A stretch of DNA of 32,000 bases from Vibrio vulnificus CMCP6 (GTDB lineage Bacteria; Pseudomonadota; Gammaproteobacteria; Enterobacterales; Vibrionaceae), in contig NC_004460.2 in NCBI RefSeq assembly GCF_000039765.1, positions 600,001 to 632,000 of the forward strand, in the 5' to 3' direction. Made by a program: the position numbers and the translations under genes. Of the stretch, positions 27,822-32,000 are shown piece after piece; position 1 is the stretch's first letter; the number at the start of each line of letters is the position of its first letter. Under the pieces are notes generated by a model. It made no database searches. It saw only the letters and a program-made list of their open reading frames with translations, and was not told where the DNA came from.

Positions 27822-28652
27822 ATGAAAAAGAACAGTAAGGAAGTCGCGCATTTCCAAATTGCCTCAGAACTGGGGGGATTGGAGTTACTTGATGCCAAAT
27901 ATGAGAAGCAAAATTTTTCTCGCCATAGTCATGAAGGCTATACCATCGGCGTGATTGAAAAAGGCGCGCAACGTTTTTTCCGCACCGGGGGTAACCATAT
28001 TGCGCCGCAAGACAGCATCATTCTTGTTAACGCGGACGAAGTGCACAACGGGCATTCCGCCACTGAAGGTGGATGGGAGTACAAAGCCATGTACCCAGTG
28101 CCAGAGCAGTTTCAAAGACTCAGTGAAGAACTGAATGCACCGAATATCGCCATCCCCTATTTTCCGCAGCCTGTGGTCTACGACCCTGAATTAGCCATGC
28201 AGCTTCGGCTGGTTTTTGACACCTTAGCCAATTCGGACAATCGCTTACTGCGCGAAACCTTGGTGTATGGAACCTTGATTAAACTCGCGGCGAAACACAG
28301 TACCCATCGGATTTCGCCTCAAAACAATCCGGCAGCGCAGCGTCAATTAACCTTGGTTAAAGAGTTTCTTGATGACTTTCCGCAAGCTGATGTCTCCTTA
28401 GAAGAGCTGGCAAGGCTGGGCGGTATCAGCCCTTTTCATCTTGTTCGCGAGTTTCAAAAACGCTATGGATTCCCGCCACATGCCTATCAGATACAGCAAA
28501 GGCTAAGGCTTGCCAAACAACTACTGCGCCAAGGCCGACGTATTTTGGATGTAGCCCAAGAGTGCGGTTTTCATGATCAAAGCCATTTCCACCGCCATTT
28601 TAAAAAGGCGATGGGGGTGACGCCTGGGCAATATGTGAAAAATTTGGCGTGA
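27822..28652 (+). CDS. AraC-family transcriptional regulator (N-terminal cupin-like ligand domain, C-terminal double HTH)
   Basis: Start re-called to ATG 27822 (MKKNSKEVAHF...). The track start 27729 is a TTG. HTH region LEELARLGGISPFHLVREFQKRYGFPPHAYQIQQRL...GFHDQSHFHRHFKKAMGVTPGQY. Confidence 0.85.
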   Translation: MKKNSKEVAHFQIASELGGLELLDAKYEKQNFSRHSHEGYTIGVIEKGAQRFFRTGGNHIAPQDSIILVNADEVHNGHSATEGGWEYKAMYPVPEQFQRLSEELNAPNIAIPYFPQPVVYDPELAMQLRLVFDTLANSDNRLLRETLVYGTLIKLAAKHSTHRISPQNNPAAQRQLTLVKEFLDDFPQADVSLEELARLGGISPFHLVREFQKRYGFPPHAYQIQQRLRLAKQLLRQGRRILDVAQECGFHDQSHFHRHFKKAMGVTPGQYVKNLA

Positions 28653-28653
28653 G

Positions 28654-28667
28654 GCAATTTTGTACAA
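28654..28667. promoter_or_regulatory. Copy 2 of exact 14-mer GCAATTTTGTACAA, between the AraC-family gene and azlC
   Basis: Begins 2 nt after the AraC-family stop and ends 43 nt upstream of the azlC ATG. Confidence 0.35.
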
Positions 28668-28709
28668 GCCTGCACATCACCATCACTTTAGGCTGAAGAA
28701 AACATCACG

Positions 28710-29435
28710 ATGAGTCATAAAATGGATACCACACTTTCTCACGCCGACCACTCGAAAACTCGGCGTTTTCTACAAGGCACCATGGCGATGATGCCACTGA
28801 GTATTGCCGTTCTTCCCTGGGGACTGCTGGCGGGCTCTTTCGCCATCGATTCCGGTCTCACGGCTTTGGAAGGGCAAGCCCTTTCGGCTATTTTGTTTGC
28901 CGGCTCTGCCCAGCTCGTCGCGATGGGGATGATCAAAGCAGGGGCTGGCGTTGCCACCATGTTACTTACCACCTTCTTTATCACTTCGCGCCATTTTCTC
29001 TATAGCGTTTCGATGCGCAGTAAAATCGCTCCTCTACCCTTACGCTGGCGTTTGTCGTTGGGCTTTCTCTTAACCGATGAGTTGTTTGCTTTGGTCGGTC
29101 ATCAACCAGACAAGCAGTTTGACCGATGGTATGCCCTCGGAGGAGGCTTGAGCTTTTATCTCTTTTGGAACGCAGCCACGTTTGGCGGTATCTTGGCGGG
29201 CCAGTTTCTCCCACAACTTAACGATCTCGGGCTGGAGTTCGCGGTTGCCGCAACCTTTATCGCCATTGTGGTCCCCAGCATCAAGAGCATTGCTGTCTTG
29301 GTCAGTGTGGTGACGGCACTCATTTTTTCGGTGGTGCTTCACTTCTTGAAGATTGAAGGGGCATTAATGATGGCCAGCATCGGAGCCATGAGTGCTGGCT
29401 ATTTGGCAGAACAATTAGGAGCTCGCAAATTATGA
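28710..29435 (+). CDS. azlC: AzlC/YgaZ-family branched-chain amino-acid exporter, large subunit
   Basis: 241-aa polytopic protein. N-terminal region FLQGTMAMMPLSIAVLPWGLLAGSFAI and FAGSAQL are typical of AzlC. Followed by an overlapping azlD. Confidence 0.85.
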   Translation: MSHKMDTTLSHADHSKTRRFLQGTMAMMPLSIAVLPWGLLAGSFAIDSGLTALEGQALSAILFAGSAQLVAMGMIKAGAGVATMLLTTFFITSRHFLYSVSMRSKIAPLPLRWRLSLGFLLTDELFALVGHQPDKQFDRWYALGGGLSFYLFWNAATFGGILAGQFLPQLNDLGLEFAVAATFIAIVVPSIKSIAVLVSVVTALIFSVVLHFLKIEGALMMASIGAMSAGYLAEQLGARKL

Positions 29436-29746
29436 TCATGCTAACCATTTTAGCGCTGACCGTGTTGGTTTTCGCTAGTCGTTATCTGTTTTTGGAACCG
29501 AGTTTGCCATTGAAGCTAGGCTACAAAACACAGCGATTCTTAAGCTACGCCAGCCCGGCGGTACTAACCGCCATTTGGGCACCTATCGTGTTTATCCCAG
29601 AGGGCGAGTTGCAGCTTTCACTGCAAAACCCCTATCTGCTGGCGGCGTTTGTCGCGGCGTTGATCGCTTGGCGCAGCAAAAACGTACTGCTCACTACCAT
29701 TGTCAGTATGTTCCTGTTTTTGCTTTTAAAATTGTGGGTATTCTAG
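29432..29746 (+). CDS. azlD: AzlD/YgaH-family exporter, small subunit
   Basis: 104-aa hydrophobic protein. ATGA overlap with the azlC stop, the canonical azlCD arrangement. Confidence 0.8.
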   Translation: MIMLTILALTVLVFASRYLFLEPSLPLKLGYKTQRFLSYASPAVLTAIWAPIVFIPEGELQLSLQNPYLLAAFVAALIAWRSKNVLLTTIVSMFLFLLLKLWVF

Positions 29747-29767
29747 TTGGACGTTGCTCAATGGTCG

Positions 29768-30382
29768 TTAACAGGCCACCCACTCAACTTCCAATAAGGT
29801 GGTGTCACCACATTTAAGGCGACCTAAAAACACGTCGCCTTTATGCACTTCGCCCACCCCCTGAGGTGTGCCTGTCATCACGACATCGCCATCATCCAAT
29901 GTCACGTAACCTTTGAGCTCTTCCAGTACCGTTTGCGGTGAGTACAGCATTTGATTGACATGCCCTTTTTGTACGCGGACACAATTAATAAACAGTTCGA
30001 GGTTGAGATCGTCGCTAGCGATGCCTTTCAGTTCGATAAAGCGGCTGAGTACCGCAGCACCGTTAAAGGCTTTCGCTCGCTCCCATGGGAGGCCTTTTGC
30101 TTTGAGATAACTTTGTGTCTGTCGTTTGGTGAGATCTAAGCCGATGCCAACCCCCGCATACTGGCCGTTTTCAATCACAAAGCAGATCTCGGCTTCATAA
30201 TGAAGCGGCTCTTGATGGAAAGAATGCAATGTGCTGGTGACTGCCGACGCCGGCTTGTGAAACAGCACCATTTGTTCGGGAATTGTGTTTTGCAGCTCTT
30301 CAATATGCTCAACATAATTACGCCCAACGCAGAGCACTTTGCCCGGTTGCAAGGTTTTGTTTCTGAAGTGGATATGGCTCAT
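29768..30382 (-). CDS. Fumarylacetoacetate hydrolase (FAH)-family protein
   Basis: Start re-called to ATG 30382 (MSHIHF...), preceded by GGGAAGAG. Motifs VGRNYVEHIEE, EAEICFVI, TGTPQGVGEV. Confidence 0.85.
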   Translation of the reverse strand: MSHIHFRNKTLQPGKVLCVGRNYVEHIEELQNTIPEQMVLFHKPASAVTSTLHSFHQEPLHYEAEICFVIENGQYAGVGIGLDLTKRQTQSYLKAKGLPWERAKAFNGAAVLSRFIELKGIASDDLNLELFINCVRVQKGHVNQMLYSPQTVLEELKGYVTLDDGDVVMTGTPQGVGEVHKGDVFLGRLKCGDTTLLEVEWVAC

Positions 30383-30484
30383 TTCTCTTCCCTGAACAAA
30401 CACAAAAACGCGATTCTAAACTAGCCACTGATAAAGTGCTCAGAATCCAATCACAGAATCATCCAAAATGAGAAGCTCGATCCA

Positions 30485-30946
30485 TCAATTGAGCTTTTCG
30501 AGCACTTTTTCGCACAAACTTTTCAATGTCACCAACTCGTCAATGCTGAGATCGATACGACAAAGCATGTTTTGCGGCACCTGTTGAGCTTGCTGTTTCA
30601 GAGCTCTGCCTGCTTCCGTGAGAAACAGCTCTCTCACACGCTCGTCAGTTTGACCGCGGCGACGTTCAACAATGCCTTTTGCTTCTAAGCGCTTCAATAG
30701 CGGGGTTAAGGTGCCAGAATCAAGATGAAGCTTGACGCCTAAATCTTTCACATTGATGCCGTTTTGCTGCCACAAGACCAACAACACCAGATATTGTGAG
30801 TAGGTCAGATCCAACGCTTCAAGTAATGGTCGATAGGCACGGATCACTGCATTAGCCGCACTGTATAACGGGAAACATATTTGATTTTCCAGCAAAAGTT
30901 GCGCTTCAGAATCCCCTTGGCAACGGATAGTTTGTTCAGACATCAC
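30485..30946 (-). CDS. ohrR: MarR-family organic hydroperoxide resistance regulator, two-Cys type
   Basis: 153 aa. Sensing Cys in LENQICFPLYSA (Cys23) and C-terminal Cys129 (NMLCRI), as in Xanthomonas-type OhrR. Winged-helix core DSGTLTPLLKRLEAKGIVERR. Divergent from ohr. Confidence 0.85.
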   Translation of the reverse strand: MMSEQTIRCQGDSEAQLLLENQICFPLYSAANAVIRAYRPLLEALDLTYSQYLVLLVLWQQNGINVKDLGVKLHLDSGTLTPLLKRLEAKGIVERRRGQTDERVRELFLTEAGRALKQQAQQVPQNMLCRIDLSIDELVTLKSLCEKVLEKLN

Positions 30947-30962
30947 TCACCTCACAAAATAA

Positions 30963-31032
30963 ATTGTGCACAATATACTTGCAAACAACAAAAGGATCGA
31001 TATAAGATTGCAAACAATTAGATTGCACACAA
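30963..31032. promoter_or_regulatory. ohrR-ohr operator region: 12-bp perfect palindrome plus three TTGCA(A/C)ACAA repeats
   Basis: ATTGTGCACAAT at 30963-30974 (perfect dyad). TTGCAAACAA at 30979-30988 and 31008-31017. TTGCACACAA at 31023-31032. Confidence 0.5.
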
Positions 31033-31057
31033 CTCAAATAACAAAGGAACATCGACC

Positions 31058-31480
31058 ATGAAAACACTTTACCAAACTTCCGCAACCGCTTCTGCTGGAC
31101 GAAACGGCCTTGTCAGTACTGACGACAAACTGCTGGAACTCAACCTAAGCTACCCGAAAGAAATGGGCGGAACAGGTGCTGCCACCAACCCAGAGCAGCT
31201 CTTCGCCGCAGGTTATGCCGCCTGTTTTTCTAATGCGATTTTGCATGTCGCCCGCGAAGGAAAAATAGCGATTAAACAAGCGCCTGTCACTGCGACGGTA
31301 GGCATTGGCCCGAATGAACAAGGCGGTTTTGCCCTAACGGTCTCACTGGCAGCAGAAATCGACCTGCCTGCGGATCAGGCGGTGAAATTAGTCGCCACGG
31401 CTCACCAAGTGTGTCCTTATTCTAATGCCGTTCGTGGCAATATTGACGTTCAGTTGTCAGTCAATGGCGTCGCAATTTAA
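31058..31480 (+). CDS. ohr: Organic hydroperoxide resistance protein (Ohr, OsmC/Ohr family peroxidase)
   Basis: 140 aa. Catalytic Cys motifs AACFSNAI and VCPYSNA. Conserved GTNPEQLFAAGYAAC. Confidence 0.9.
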   Translation: MKTLYQTSATASAGRNGLVSTDDKLLELNLSYPKEMGGTGAATNPEQLFAAGYAACFSNAILHVAREGKIAIKQAPVTATVGIGPNEQGGFALTVSLAAEIDLPADQAVKLVATAHQVCPYSNAVRGNIDVQLSVNGVAI

Positions 31481-31515
31481 GTAAGGCACGCACTGCGAAT
31501 CACGCTTCAACATAT

Positions 31516-31545
31516 AAAAAAGCCAGCAGTGACACTGCTGGCTTT
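31516..31545. terminator. Bidirectional terminator between ohr and the porin gene
   Basis: aaaaaAGCCAGCAG-tgaca-CTGCTGGCTtt. The A-run gives a strong U-tract for the minus-strand porin transcript. Confidence 0.65.
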
Positions 31546-31586
31546 CCACATGAGTGGACAATTGGACGGCTAAAAAATGTTAGCGC

Positions 31587-32000
31587 TTATAGGTAGTAGC
31601 GAGCACCTAGCATCCATTTGTCGTCTGCTTTTTCTTTGTAGTCACCAGAACCTTGTAGGTCAAACTGGTAGCCAGCAAAACCAACGAACTTCGGCGTGAA
31701 GTTGTACTCAGCTTGAACCGCTGACGTGCTGTATACACGCTTGCTTAGCTCTTCATCAATCACAGATTCGTAGTTAACGCTTAGGTTGATGCCGTTGTTT
31801 AGCGTGTAAGCCGCTAGCGCTTCGTAAGCTGACGTGTCTTTCAGTAGGTTACCGTCGCCAGAGTTCATGTACTCATTCATTGCGTAAACGCCCGCTAGGT
31901 ATAAGCCCTTGCCGTATGAGCCGTAAGTGGCACTGATAACATGAGATTCAGACGTTTTCGTGCCTACACCACCACCGTAGTTCACGTCACCCGTGTTGTA
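31587..32000 (-). CDS. General porin (Gram-negative porin family), C-terminal part; 5' end outside window
   Basis: Frame is open to the window edge (138 codons). Alternating amphipathic beta-strand pattern rich in Y/G/N (GLYLAGVYAM, ALAAYTLNNGINLSVNYE, AVQAEYNFTPKFVGFAGYQFDL), ending GARYYL. Confidence 0.7.
   Translation of the reverse strand, partial: YNTGDVNYGGGVGTKTSESHVISATYGSYGKGLYLAGVYAMNEYMNSGDGNLLKDTSAYEALAAYTLNNGINLSVNYESVIDEELSKRVYSTSAVQAEYNFTPKFVGFAGYQFDLQGSGDYKEKADDKWMLGARYYL

Noticed and set aside
13812-31543. Three terminators (13812-13832, 26924-26940, 31521-31543) share identical arm cores AGCCAGC...GCTGGCT, suggesting a dispersed repeat (REP/MITE-like) family.
   Set aside because: The shared part is only 7-8 bp of a generic GC-rich stem. 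The loops, stem extensions and flanks all differ, and each sits exactly at a gene end with an A/T-run. Independent intrinsic terminators are the simpler explanation. A genome-wide k-mer count would settle it.
1-32000. A search for CRISPR arrays, integron attC/VCR-type repeats, IS termini, prophage or defence-system signatures.
   Set aside because: I saw no regularly spaced repeats, no transposase/integrase/recombinase-like ORFs, and no ORFs with nuclease/ATPase/TIR/Sir2-type motifs. Gene content is metabolic, respiratory and regulatory throughout.

Overview
This is a gene-dense, apparently ordinary chromosomal segment of a Vibrionaceae-like gammaproteobacterium. That attribution rests on protein-level recognition only; no search was run. 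I can support about 28 protein-coding genes. I saw no rRNA or tRNA genes, no CRISPR array, and no transposase, integrase or IS-type termini. From left to right the window holds: the 3' end of sseA (rhodanese); a membrane GGDEF-EAL protein with a degenerate ASDEF signature; a secreted GH18 chitinase-like enzyme; a SorC-family regulator divergent from talB-tktA across a 445-bp repeat-rich intergenic region; a secreted amicyanin-like cupredoxin translationally coupled (GTGA overlap) to a TM-HAMP-GGDEF(SGDEF)-EAL protein; an Aer-type PAS-MCP; an aroG-like DAHP synthase with a TyrR-box-like site; and an OmpA-family protein. Next comes a complete caa3-type cytochrome c oxidase cluster on the minus strand (coxB-coxA-cox11-coxC, then SURF1, a Sco-like protein, ctaA and ctaB), with a small two-helix ORF on the opposite strand between coxC and SURF1. 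The window ends with a phosphohexomutase, a small-molecule export/detox neighbourhood (GNAT, LysE, AraC, azlCD, FAH-family, ohrR-ohr) and the 3' end of a porin gene. I found no clear-cut novel multi-gene system: nothing looks like a defence, toxin or mobile element. The most promising under-described item is the cupredoxin/GGDEF-EAL pair. After that come the opposite-strand small membrane ORF in the oxidase cluster, the His-less Sco-like protein, and two candidate operator sets (SorC/talB-tkt and AraC/azlCD). Several ORF-track starts look too far upstream and are re-called here from Shine-Dalgarno context.
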